Shown one piece after another: positions 1 to 11,654 of a DNA stretch of 64,000 bases; position 1 is the stretch's first letter; each line of letters opens with the position of its first letter. The stretch lies in NCBI GenBank assembly GCA_000002445.1, contig CM000207.1:2432001-2496000 (forward strand), given 5' to 3'. The position numbers and the translations under genes were made by a program. This stretch comes from Trypanosoma brucei (taxonomy: Eukaryota). The notes beneath the pieces were generated by a model. It made no database searches. It was not told where the DNA came from and was given only the letters and a program-made list of their open reading frames with translations.

Positions 1-1700
1 ATTCCCTTTCCTCTGCGGTACCCTTCTTATCCTTTTTAAATGATGAACTTAGTGTGAATTAGAAGAGTGCACGAATTTATCCAAAATAGAGTGGGTGTAA
101 TGGGAAGACACATCACGTAGAGGACACTCCGTATGCTAGCAGCTGATGCTTACGGTTGGAAGTAGAAGAAGCATTCAGTATACGAGGCGTAGTGCCACCT
201 TGCCATAAATTGGCTGTCGGAGTTGACAAGAGATCGCTGAAGTAGCAACTCTCTAAGGGCCACATAATGAAGATGTCCGCCATAATGTCGCTAAGACACA
301 CATGAAAACATGCACAGTGGTCGTGCCAAAGTATCCTCACCACAGTAGCAACACAAAAAGTAAGGGTGAGTTCCTATGGAAGAAAAATTATGCGATATTC
401 CGGCAAGGCACTTGAAACCCTTTAGTAGCAGACGGTATCCAAGGATTGTTAACAACAAACATGGTATGAGAATCACAACACACAAGGGGAAAGAGGAACA
501 ATTACTCTTTGAACCTCAATACTTTTAGAGGGTCGAACTCTCATCTGTCATCTGTCCCACGTGGCACTCTCACACACCACATCAAGGGTGATGAGAGAAT
601 TTTTGTGTAAGCATATGATGGTCAGTGAGTTGGTGAAAAATGGAGCATATTTGCAGCACTGCCGTTTTTGTTATTTTCTACTCCAGCACTTTTGATACAG
701 TGGGCCATATCAGGGTTGTGCAATAAATGCGTAAAGTTGGTGGAGAAAAGTCTAACACCCTCTGCACCGCATCCTTACCAACAGAATGAGTAGCAGCAGC
801 TCCCTGAGATAAATCACTTCCCCCTTACAAGAATAGTTTAACAGAGGGCAGGCGAAAGGCACAGTGTTCGGCCTTTCAATGTTAAAAGCTGCAGTTAACT
901 CCATTTATTTTCTTACTAAACATCCCAAGACACAGCTTAAAGCATGGATTCTTTGTGGAAGACTTGACAGTGAGGAGAGGAAACGTGGATGGCTTTTCAG
1001 AAGGAACTGAATGTTATAGCTGTGATAGGAATCCGTATTTACTTCGGGAAAGTCGTCACGAAGAAAACAGGGTGTGAGGTGTTGGGAGGACATTTGGGGT
1101 CACGGTAATGGGGATACGCGGCGATGCCCACTCCATGCTGAATTTATATCCACACCGTTAATGTACTGGCAAATCGGATATCCGCAGCGCCTTCTTACCC
1201 ATAGAGTGCAAAGTGAGGAGTACAAACTGACATTGGCACTTTTCATTACTTCCAACATGTATTACACACGCGTTACTCGGATGTAAGATATCGTGTGATT
1301 ACAGGAGTTATTTCAAATATTAATAAAGCTATGGAGAGTAATAGTCTCCTTATCCTTTTTCACCCAATCTGTCATTTCATATAGTTTCTTCCATGAGAGT
1401 TCGATGATATGGAACAATAATGTGTGGTGGAGCATATGTGTGAAAAGAGGAACTGACGGCACTTTTACTCCTGTCACCGGGTAAAATGAATTAGGAGCTA
1501 TGGAAGACTTTCTCATTGAGGGTTATGACGCTGCCTCACTATTTCATGGGATTCGTGCGAAGGGAAAACAGAAAAATTATGTTTCAGCAGTAGTCATGAA
1601 AATCTTACTTTTTTGTACCTGAAGTAATAACCCTGAGAACACTGAAACACTTCCATGAGACGTGTAGAAGAATGTCGAAATGCCAAGAAAGATCATAATA

Positions 1701-1735
1701 CTTCACTTTTTGGTTCTTTTTTAATTTTGCTAAAG
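1701..1735 (+). promoter_or_regulatory. Polypyrimidine tract plus AG, a putative trans-splice acceptor for VSG-like gene A
   Basis: cttcactttttggttcttttttaattttgct followed by aaAG about 25 nt before the ATG at 1761. This is the kinetoplastid splice-acceptor architecture. Confidence 0.5.
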
Positions 1736-1760
1736 ACAAGGGTGAAACATCCAAGGCACT

Positions 1761-3185
1761 ATGTACTGGGTTGTAGTTTTACTGACGGTACTCCACAGTT
1801 GTCATCGGGCGCTTGGTAAGGAGGATATAGTGAATCAAAAGGAGTTTGAAGCGTTGTGTCGAATGATAAATTGGGCAGAAGAAAGACTTGAGCACATAAA
1901 AGTAACGAAACGAGTTACCCAAGAAGCTCTGAAAATAGGCGTAAGATATCTTGAAGTGGCCGGTGAGGAAGAGTGTAGACACATCGCCAAAGCGCAGGAA
2001 GATTCTTGTACCAAGAAAATGGAGGATCGGAAAAGGAATTGCGGGCTGTACAAAAATTTTTGGGAAGAGGCGCAGAAAGCAGTGAAGGAAAGGGCTTTTA
2101 GCGGAGAGAAGCTGGAGCGTAAAATAGACGCTTTGGGGGAGCATACAGTGGACGAAATAAAAAAAAAGGGAATGTACGGGGCAGATATATATCATGATGT
2201 TGAAGCGAAGAGGCCGTCAGGAAATATGAGAAAAATGGAGGAGCACCTCATTAAAGCTCTTTATGGAATGGAATATTTTAGTGAAGATATAAAAGGAGGG
2301 GATTCAGATCGAAGCAGAGTCTGCGGGCAAAATCTGCGTAACAATAAGGCAACGGGGGGTTGGTCACTAGCGGTGGATTTGTTGTGCTTGTGTGCAACCC
2401 ACAACTCCTGGAAAGGTAGGAAGAAGGTTTGCTGCGCAGACTGCAGTACAGGAGAGAATAGAGACGAATGGAATCCAGAGTCAAACGAGGCACCACGCTG
2501 GGATTTTCTGAAACAGAAGTGTGCAGGCCGTCACCGAAATCGTCACGACATGATCGAAAAACTGAGTGAAGCGGAAGAGAATCTTATGAAAACAGTAACT
2601 AAAATAGGCACAATACCATATACACATACGTACGTGCTTGGAACCGCTGTAAATAGCAGAATAAAACCATGCGGGGCTGATATAAACAAGCAGCAGGAAA
2701 TATGTGTGCACTACGGATCAGATAACGGAACGAAACTTCCCTGGTTAAAAGCGTTGCAAAAGGTAGAAAAGGAAATGAAACTTACGCTGAAAGATAAACA
2801 AGATAAGTCAGCTAAGCTCAAGCGGATGGAAGAACTAAATCAAGAGATCGAAAGCTTAATCAGAGGTGATACAGGGCGAGGAGGCCAACGGGGAAGACAG
2901 AAACGCAGTGTCAATCCCGAGAACAGTGTCCCAGAAACCCCAGCTGACCCGAGCGATCCGACACAGTCAGTCCCACATACCAATGAAAAAAAGCGAAGTG
3001 TAAGGAAACCGATATCAACAGGTAACGGTGCAACCAAAAGCTACAATAGCGAAGAGGATGATTCTTACGAATATGAGTGCGAGGGAGAAAACTCAGCATG
3101 CTCAGATTCGCCAGCAAAACCAACAGTAAAAAACAGCAAAAGTGCTATAAATTGTCCACTGGGATTAATTTTGCTTTTGGTATAA
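1761..3185 (+). CDS. VSG-like, cysteine-rich variant surface glycoprotein family member A (474 aa)
   Basis: ATG start. N-terminal hydrophobic signal peptide (MYWVVVLLTVLHS). Numerous conserved cysteines (EALCR, DLLCLCA, VCCADC, KQKC). Short hydrophobic C-terminal tail (CPLGLILLLV) that could be a GPI signal. A paralog lies in the adjacent repeat. The VSG-family assignment comes from general architecture, not motif-level proof. Confidence 0.55.
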   Translation: MYWVVVLLTVLHSCHRALGKEDIVNQKEFEALCRMINWAEERLEHIKVTKRVTQEALKIGVRYLEVAGEEECRHIAKAQEDSCTKKMEDRKRNCGLYKNFWEEAQKAVKERAFSGEKLERKIDALGEHTVDEIKKKGMYGADIYHDVEAKRPSGNMRKMEEHLIKALYGMEYFSEDIKGGDSDRSRVCGQNLRNNKATGGWSLAVDLLCLCATHNSWKGRKKVCCADCSTGENRDEWNPESNEAPRWDFLKQKCAGRHRNRHDMIEKLSEAEENLMKTVTKIGTIPYTHTYVLGTAVNSRIKPCGADINKQQEICVHYGSDNGTKLPWLKALQKVEKEMKLTLKDKQDKSAKLKRMEELNQEIESLIRGDTGRGGQRGRQKRSVNPENSVPETPADPSDPTQSVPHTNEKKRSVRKPISTGNGATKSYNSEEDDSYEYECEGENSACSDSPAKPTVKNSKSAINCPLGLILLLV

Positions 3186-6100
3186 ACGAAAAGCTCCAAC
3201 ACAAGGTAGAGAAAAAAAGAGGATATGGAATTTGTTGTGTTTGCGGCACCTCAATATTCCACACGGAGGGAGATGGTGTGACTTTCAAAACCTGTACAGG
3301 AGACATGTGATGCGTCAGAGCAATCGTCAACTCCAGTAGAGTCATCCAGGAAACCGCAACGAGAGAGGGAGATGTTGGGAGGGTTTATGCTTCGTGATAC
3401 TGGTAATGCGTATTGTTGAGAACCTTTTCATACCAAAAGGAACACTACGAAAATTGAAAGCATTTTCTAATGATGGGAAAGCACATAGAGGCTATAAACA
3501 ACTAAAATGTACCAACCGTACTGAGTGGGTGGTGTGAAAATAAAAAAGTATATGTTGTAGAGAATGTCGATACCGGAAGGCTACAAGAATGGAAGGAATA
3601 ATAAATACAGAAAAAGAGACGCCATACTTTTCACTGAGCTATCTACAGGACATGGAAGGGATATTTCCAATGAGGAAGTTGGGAAGGTTTCAAACAAAAA
3701 AGGAGAAAACATATGAGTGATAATGTTAATGTAAGTAACGGAAGGAAGTGTTGCTTTGGAAAAAGACAGACAAATAACTGAAAGAGGGTTGACTGGAGAA
3801 AATGATGCCAGGTGAAACACATAAAAAAATGAGTTCGGGAAGCATGGATATTTCGAACTTGGAACATAAAGACAAAAGAGCAGGAAAAGTTGTGGGAAAT
3901 GGCATGTTATATATTTGCATCGTAGTCGCAAAAAACTGTTTGTTGTGTTGAATGAGTGGAGAAACTGAGGCACTCACGGCCGCTGAATAAGAAAATGGAG
4001 AAGGAAAGCCATGGAAAGTAATGAGGGAATAGCTTGAAAGGCACGCACACACAGACACACACACGTGATAGCGGGGTGTGGAAAAGCAAGGAGTGGAACG
4101 AAAGCCTTCATCGCTATTATGGCTAAGAAATACGACACCACCAGAATGCACTGCAGTGTTTAAAGGCAGACGAATTATTAAAGGGATCAGTATTATTGGC
4201 TGAAATACCTGTGGTATTAACTTTTGCGGTGCTTGAAGTGATGGCATGAAAAAGATTAGAAACCTCTCTTTGTTGTTAGGTCGGATGCATGGAAAAAAGA
4301 GAGTGCGTGGCTGCTCTAAGAATGTAACGTGCAAACTACAAGGCAGTAATAAAAGACCCCAAAGCAATTCCATGGCCAAAAGGACTTGATGGCGCCGTGG
4401 TTCAGACGAGAAATATCACACTACAGAATCCGACATTGCATGGGACGCAACTGCGTATCAACGCGGCAGTGATATAAGCTATCAAAACAAAAAATTATGC
4501 AATCACGGAGGTTTTTCATGCAGCAGCGTTGTCTACTATGGAAAATGCAGTAACCACTGAAAAGGAGGAAACATGCTTCAAGGAGCAAAAAGTAGCAGTG
4601 ATTGCTGTAACAACAAGATTGTGAGTGGAAATAAAACAAACAGGAAGCTAAACTACGACCCAAGGATATTTAGAGTAGTATCGACACTGCCAAAGCATCA
4701 CTAATGAATGCATATTTACCGAATGCGAATATATATGTATATGTGAATATATACGTACATCAATATTCTACAAAAATAGTGCTTTGCAGCGTGTGAGACT
4801 TTCAAAACATTTTTTGTGGAACACTTAAGCATAATTGTGATTAATGGAAAATTGATCTATGGATACCTTCTTTTTGCTACATGTATTTTGAATATGTTTC
4901 GGAAGAAAATGGTAATATCTCTGAGGTAAAATCTGGAACAATATAAAAATGCTAAAGGAAATTTCTGGGTTTTACAGCAGCAATATCATGAACTACAACA
5001 GTGGTTATAAGATCTGTAAGACGGAAGTACATGTTTGTGCCATTGTACGATTTTCTTGATATATGCATTGAAGTGATTTGAATGAATAGGGGTGCAAGTC
5101 TCATGAAACATGCTCTTCATTCAACCAAGGCTTTTTAGGAATATGCAGCAAAAGTCGAAAAATGACTGACTTGACAACCAAAATGGCGTCCCTATTCTAT
5201 TAGTGAAAATTCGAATGAAACAGCACATAATGGAACTACATGAAAATTCAAAGGAAATGTGATATCAAATTCCTAACCCGCTGTATCAAAATTCTCACAC
5301 ACCTTTCATAAAGGTATTTTAACATACATGTTTGAATTGAAAACACTCGATAAAATAATTTATGTGATCTGCGTATGAAATGTGTGATGAATTCTGCCCA
5401 ATCGTGCTAATATCGCTATTATTGTTAAACCTCACCTTACCATTTGTTTCAGCAAAGGCAAGAAGGAAATACTAAATGATGAAATACTGTTAAACGGTGA
5501 GGGTACAGAGGAATATCTTTTCCGGAACAGAGAGTAACTATCTGAGAGGAGTTTAATGAACCGTGTACAATGATAGTGTCAGCACACCAAGTCTTGGAAC
5601 AGCATAAGCAGGCTAGGATAACAAAAGGGGAAGAAGTGACATCTGGTGCTATACAGTAACTAGCTTCAGAAGCAAAAAGAAAAGCTGCTCAACCCTATGG
5701 AAGCAATGTAACCTCACAGCCGTAGCAGTAGCGTGACTAAGAAAGGAAATGTGAACTTAGAAAAAAACATATTGAACTCAAAGTGAAAAAGCAGAAGCAG
5801 TCAACCGCACAGAGGTATCAAAGGCATAACGTAGTTTGTTGGAAGGGGCGCCGAGAAAAATCAAGTTTTAGGCAGGTGATCCGGTATGGATGTATCACAC
5901 TGCGCACGGATGCCACAAACCAAGAGACTTCGAAGATATGAAAGGGAAGATTAGAGACTTCGCGTCTATCAGGCGTGCTTGAGTTAGGGACCGTAGTGGA
6001 AAGCAAACACAAACTGCTTACCCGAAGAGGGACAGTAACATGAACAATCCGAAATGGGTTTCAAACTATCTGGCACAATTCCATTTTGACTGGGTGTGAG

Positions 6101-9100
6101 AGAGAGTTCTTGGGACAGAGACAAACACGCGCGTTACTATAACCTTACAAATGACTCGAATACAGATATCAAATGCAATATTCTAAATGAACAATAAAAA
6201 CAAGGCTCAAGAGGCAACAATGCATAAGATTCCATAGAGTTACTTGACATTAGCGTGAGGGTAGAAAAGAAAATGAAGAGATTTTGTGAATCTGGAAAAG
6301 GAAATGTGAGAACGCAACCCTACAACAGCTTTTAAAATATCCCATGGACTAAAGCGTTGAATAGAATTGACGGGAAAATGAGCAACCTGACAGTGAGCAC
6401 AAACAAGGGAAACTATGGCAAAGCTTACATAGTTAAGCTGTGGCATGTCAATTTAATTAAAACGTGCCAGAGTGAAGAGAGGATGCCATTCAGAGTTATA
6501 AGAAAGCAAAGCCATGAAAGTGTAATTGACACGATTACTTTGTTACAATCCGATACAAATACGAGTAAAACACAAATAATAATTATGGGAGCAAGCCAGG
6601 AGTTACCTGTGAAGGTGAAATTACTGCTGATTATAATAGTGCGAGTGGCTCTTGACACAAATGCGAAAACCGTAAGCACAGTTCAGCGTCCACGAGCTCA
6701 AACTGTGAAACAGGATGAAAGCTGGTCAACGGTGAGATTGTGAGGCCACATCGCGAGTCAGTCATCTAAAACAGTGTGAATTTCGTTCAAACATTACCCA
6801 GGTTATATTTGTTTCTGTTTGTAAACGTGTGATTAGGCACTAAACTTCAATTCTAGCAGTGTTTGAATTTGTAGTACATTTGATATTTACCTCTTTTGTT
6901 GGAAAGCCAGTACGATTTTACGGTTTTGCCGATTGTTCAACGTAGTCTTGAAAGGGCTCAAAAGCACAACTACGTGACTTCTTAACATTTCATCAGAGAT
7001 GCACTACACTACACTACACGGGTGAGCACATCGCCGTAACTCGGGGGCAGGTTTACTTTTTTGACTCAGCATCAAAAAGGTAGAACCTTGAATATGATGC
7101 AAGTGGACCTCAGGTGGGGACTATCTGGCGCAAGAAAACGCTAGCAGAACTCGGGTCTCTCCCTCACTTGAAGTAAAAATTGTGTTGCATTGCGGGCTCC
7201 GGTGACGATTGCTCACTCTTTATTCAGATTTTTGAGGTTACCAAGCATGTAAAGCTAAGGAAGTGCAGTTCTTTCTCTGTAGTTGTTGGGTGAGCGGTTA
7301 TGTAAATGGGTATATCTTCACATTTTTATATTTCAATGTTGGCTTTTACGAATTTTTTTGTTTGCAATGCGTTGAAATTACACGACAACGACGTGGCTCA
7401 GGGTGTTACATGTACTGATTTAATTTTTAACGCCATCTCAGTTAGTGAAAGGATACGATGGCGATCCGCAAAGGGAAGGAAAGAGACTTCCGGATTGCAG
7501 AGACGTACCAAAAATTGACAGGAATTTAGGTTGCTCAAAGGAAAATAATTATGGATACTAAGCGGTAAGAGACTTTGTGCTGGAGAGGCTTCTGGGGTTG
7601 GATTCTGTTTGAACAGAAACTGCACGCCATGACTGATAAGTGAGCTGGTTCCCCTGAGGCATAGACGGGTGAATAATGCTTTCCTCAGTTTTTTTGAGGG
7701 GGAATTCGTCGCTGTAAAAGAGTCACCTGGTGTGAAAAGGATTGATAGAGCGTATCCGAACATTTTAACTATTCCAATCTAAGGAACAAGAAGTGTGAAA
7801 CATCTGGTGAGAGTAGAACGTCTTGTTACCTTAGCTCCCTTGGGCGGAACACAGATTTAGGGTCGTGTAAAAGAGGGACGAGAGGTGTGTCTTCCTATTG
7901 AAGTTGGAGGTCTCTAGCTGAAAAAAAGCCACTGATTCTAGTGACATGAATAGTCCAGACAATATCCCTAGGCGCGCGCACCTCACAGGCCGGCAGAATA
8001 GTAAAACTCAATTTTCACTACAATCCAGTTACCAAACTGTACATTTAATCTTACTCTTCCCACTGTAAAAACATATAAGTGTTATTCAACTCGGGTGCTG
8101 AATCCATACCAAAGCACATAGAGGTAACAAATAAAAGCCTCTATTTCTGTAAACTAATTCACACTTGCTTGCGAATGCACACCTCTCCTTTAACATTCGT
8201 AAGACAGTATAGGGTTTTACTGAAGTCCTGGTTTACGCAAGATATTATATACGGTTGTTTACGCAGTCACCTCTACTGGTTTCTGGACAAGAATGTGACC
8301 AGCTGCAAAGCATGGCTCTCAATGGGAGTGATTTGCGAGTCATGTTAAAGAGCCATGCTATGGAGACTCATACATGTGTATATTATTGTTGGGGTGATTC
8401 ACCAGCCCTTTTTACAAAATGTGTAATATTCTCTTGCATTTGGCAGTGAAGCATAAAAGCGTGCTGCTGTTGTACTGAATATATTCCCTTTCCTCTGCGG
8501 TACCCTTCTTATCCTTTTTAAATGATGAACTTAGTGTGAATTAGAAGAGTGCACGAATTTATCCAAAATAGAGTGGGTGTAATGGGAAGACACATCACGT
8601 AGAGGACACTCCGTATGCTAGCAGCTGATGCTTACGGTTGGAAGTAGAAGAAGCATTCAGTATACGAGGCGTAGTGCCACCTTGCCATAAATTGGCTGTC
8701 GGGGTTGACAAGAGATCGCTGAAGTAGCAACTCTCTAAGGGCCACATAATGAAGATGTCCGCCATAATGTCGCTAAGACACACATGAAAACATGCACAGT
8801 GGTCGTGCCAAAGTATCCTCACCACAGTAGCAACACAAAAAGTAAGGGTGAGTTCCTATGGAAGAAAAATTATGCGATATTCCGGTAAGGCACTTGAAAC
8901 CCTTTAGTAGCAGGCGGTATCCAAGGATTGTTAACAACAAACATGGTATGAGAATCACAACACACAAGGGGAAAGAGGAACAATTACTCTTTGAATCTCA
9001 ATACTTTTAGAGGGTCGAACTCTCATCTGTCATCTGTCCCACGGTGGCACTCTCACACACCACATCAAGGGTGATGAGAGAATTTTTGTGTAAGCATATG

Positions 9101-10183
9101 ATGGTCAGTGAGTTGGTGAAAAATGGAGCATATTTGCAGCACTGCCGTTTTTGTTATTTTCTACTCCAGCACTTTTGATACAGTGGGCCATATCAGGGTT
9201 GTGCAATAAATGCGTAAAGTTGGTGGAGAAAAGTCTAACACCCTCTGCACCGCATCCTTACCAACAGAATGAGTAGCAGCAGCTCCCTGAGATAAATCAC
9301 TTCCCCCTTACAAGAATAGTTTAACAGAGGGCAGGCGAAAGGCACAGTGTTCGGCCTTTCAATGTTAAAAGCTGCAGTTAACTCCCTTCATTTTCTTACC
9401 AAACATCCCAAGACACAGCTTAAAGCACGGATTCTTTGTGAAATACTCGTCGGTGAGGAGAGGAAACGTGGATGGCTCTTCAGAAGGGACTGAATGTTAT
9501 AGCTGTGATAGGAATCCGTATTTACTTCGGGAAAGTCGTCACGAAGAAAACAGGGTGTGAGGTGTTGAGAGGACATTTTGAGGTCACAGTAATGGGGAAA
9601 CGCGGCGACACCCACTCCATGTTGAATTTATATCCACACCGTTAGTGTACTGGCAAATCGGATATCCGCAGCGCCTTCTTACCCATAGAGTGCAAAGTGA
9701 AGAATACAAACTGACATTGGCACTTTTCATTACTTCCAACATGTATTACACACGCGTTACTCGGATGTAAGATATCGTGTGATTACAGGAGTTATTTCAA
9801 ATATTAATAAAGCTATGGAGAGTAATAGTCTCCTTATCCTTTTTCACCCAATCTGTCATTTCATATAGTTTCTTCCATGAGAGTTCGATGATATGGAACA
9901 ATAATGTGTGGTGGAGCATATGTGTGAAAAGAGGAACTGACGGCACTTTTACTCTTGTCACCGGGTAAAATGAATTAGGAGCTATGGAAGACTTTCTCAT
10001 TGAGGGTTATGACGCTGCCTCACTATTTCATGGGATTCGTGCGAAGGGAAAACAGAAAAATTATGTTTCAGCAGTAGTCATGAAAATCTTACTTTTTTGT
10101 ACCTGAAGTAATAACCCTGAGAACACTGAAACACTTCCATGAGACGTGTAGAAGAATGTCGAAATGCCAAGAAAGATCATAAT

Positions 10184-10218
10184 ACTTCACTTTTCTGTTT
10201 TTCTTTAATTTTGCTAAA
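10184..10218 (+). promoter_or_regulatory. Polypyrimidine tract plus AG, a putative trans-splice acceptor for VSG-like gene B
   Basis: This is the duplicated counterpart of 1701-1735 (cttcacttttctgtttttctttaattttgct ... aaag). Confidence 0.45.
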
Positions 10219-10232
10219 GACAAGGGTGAAGC

Positions 10233-11654
10233 ATGCGGAGAAGTATGTACTGGGTTGTATTTTTAGTGGCGGCACTACAGGGTATTCATTTAGTGTCGGG
10301 GCAGGATATAGTGAATCAAAAGGAATTTGAAGCGTTGTGTCGAATTGTAAATTGGGCAGAAAAGGGACTGAAGCAGATAACTTTGGCACGACAGGTTACC
10401 CAAGAAGCTCAGAAAATAGGCGTGAGATATCTTGAAGTAGTCGGTGAGGAAAATGCTGCTGAGCTCGCCAAAACACAAGAAGATTCTTGTGCATATAAAA
10501 GGGAGGTTGGCGGAAGGAATTGTGTGCTGTACAAAACATTTTGGCAACATGCGCAGGAAGCATTGAAGGGGACTGCCAGATCGTCAGTCCATCACAGAGC
10601 AATGAATACATTGGAATATCATACAATTGAAAAAATAAAAGAAAAAGCAATGCACGGGGCAGATATATATCACGATGTTGGAGCGGAGAGTCTGTCAGTA
10701 AAGGTGGAAAAGATTGAGCGGAAAATCAATCAAGCCCTTTATGGAATGGAATATTTCACCGAAGAAATAAAGCCAGGAGGAGACAGGAGCAGAGTGTGCG
10801 GTCAAAGCTCGCGTAGTGAAATGATTATTGGAGGAAACTCACTGGCCGTGGACTTTTTGTGCTTGTGTGCAATGCACAGTTCTTGGAATGGAATAAAGGT
10901 ATGCTGCACAGACTGCACTACGGGAGAGAATAGCAATGAATGGGACCCAGAATCAAACGGAGTACAACGTTGGAAATTTTTGAAACAGAAATGTGCTGAT
11001 CATAATCCAAATTATTATGACACGGAGAAAAGACTGCGTAATGCAAAACAGAATTTTATGGATACAGTAACAACGATACATGGAAGAGGAGGAAGAACTT
11101 TGTACAAACTTGGGAAAAAGCAAAGCAGTGAAGTAAACAACTGCGGGGCGGGTACTGGCCGCGGGCAAGGAATATGCGTGCTATATAAGGGACATGGAGA
11201 GGAGCTGCCCTGGATGAAAGCGTTGGTAGAGGTCGAAAATGAGATGGAAGTTCTGCTTCAAGACAAACACAATAAGTCAGCAAAACTAGAGAGAATTAAA
11301 GAGCTAAGTCAAGAGATAGAAAAGTTAATCAAAGGTGATCCGGGGCGAGGAGGCCAACGGGGAAGACAGAAACGCAGTGTCAATCCCGAGAACAGTGTCC
11401 CAGAAACCCCAGCTGACCCGAGCGATCCGACACAGTCAGTCCCACATACCAATGAAAAAAAGCGAAGTGTAAGGAAACCGATATCAACAGGTAACGGTGC
11501 AACCAAAAGCTACAATAGCGAAGAGGATGATTCTTACGAATATGAGTGCGAGGGAGAAAACTCAGCATGCTCAGATTCGCCAGCAAAACCAACAGTAAAA
11601 AACAGCAAAAGTGCTATAAATTGTCCACTGGGATTAATTTTGCTTTTGGTATAA
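10233..11654 (+). CDS. VSG-like, cysteine-rich variant surface glycoprotein family member B (473 aa). The alternative ATG at 10245 aligns with the start of A.
   Basis: Same architecture as A. The N-terminal roughly 360 aa are only about 60-70 percent identical to A, whereas the last roughly 110 aa (RGRQKRSVNPENS...SAINCPLGLILLLV) and both flanks are identical. Confidence 0.55.
   Translation: MRRSMYWVVFLVAALQGIHLVSGQDIVNQKEFEALCRIVNWAEKGLKQITLARQVTQEAQKIGVRYLEVVGEENAAELAKTQEDSCAYKREVGGRNCVLYKTFWQHAQEALKGTARSSVHHRAMNTLEYHTIEKIKEKAMHGADIYHDVGAESLSVKVEKIERKINQALYGMEYFTEEIKPGGDRSRVCGQSSRSEMIIGGNSLAVDFLCLCAMHSSWNGIKVCCTDCTTGENSNEWDPESNGVQRWKFLKQKCADHNPNYYDTEKRLRNAKQNFMDTVTTIHGRGGRTLYKLGKKQSSEVNNCGAGTGRGQGICVLYKGHGEELPWMKALVEVENEMEVLLQDKHNKSAKLERIKELSQEIEKLIKGDPGRGGQRGRQKRSVNPENSVPETPADPSDPTQSVPHTNEKKRSVRKPISTGNGATKSYNSEEDDSYEYECEGENSACSDSPAKPTVKNSKSAINCPLGLILLLV

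Larger units (their letters stand above)
1..5712. repeat. Direct repeat copy A, about 5.7 kb, carrying VSG-like gene A and its flanks. It recurs at 8483-14173 (period 8482; net offset shrinks to 8461 by the end because of indels).
   Basis: Bases 1-60 (attccctttcctctgcggtaccc...) recur verbatim at 8483-8542. The ORF track shows identical small ORFs at 113..343 and 8595..8825, and again at 1313..1516 and 9797..10000. The copies part after aaagctgctcaa[c/t]cctat[g/t]gaagcaatgt[a/g]acct, at 5712 and 14173. Confidence 0.9.

Noticed and set aside
3581-4379. Minus-strand ORFs 3581-3973 and 3726-4379, with duplicates 12050-12442 and 12376-12846
   Set aside because: S/F/L/P-rich translations of the complement of a purine-rich tract. 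There are no start-context or family features. The copy A and copy B versions differ in length because of indels, which argues against selective constraint.
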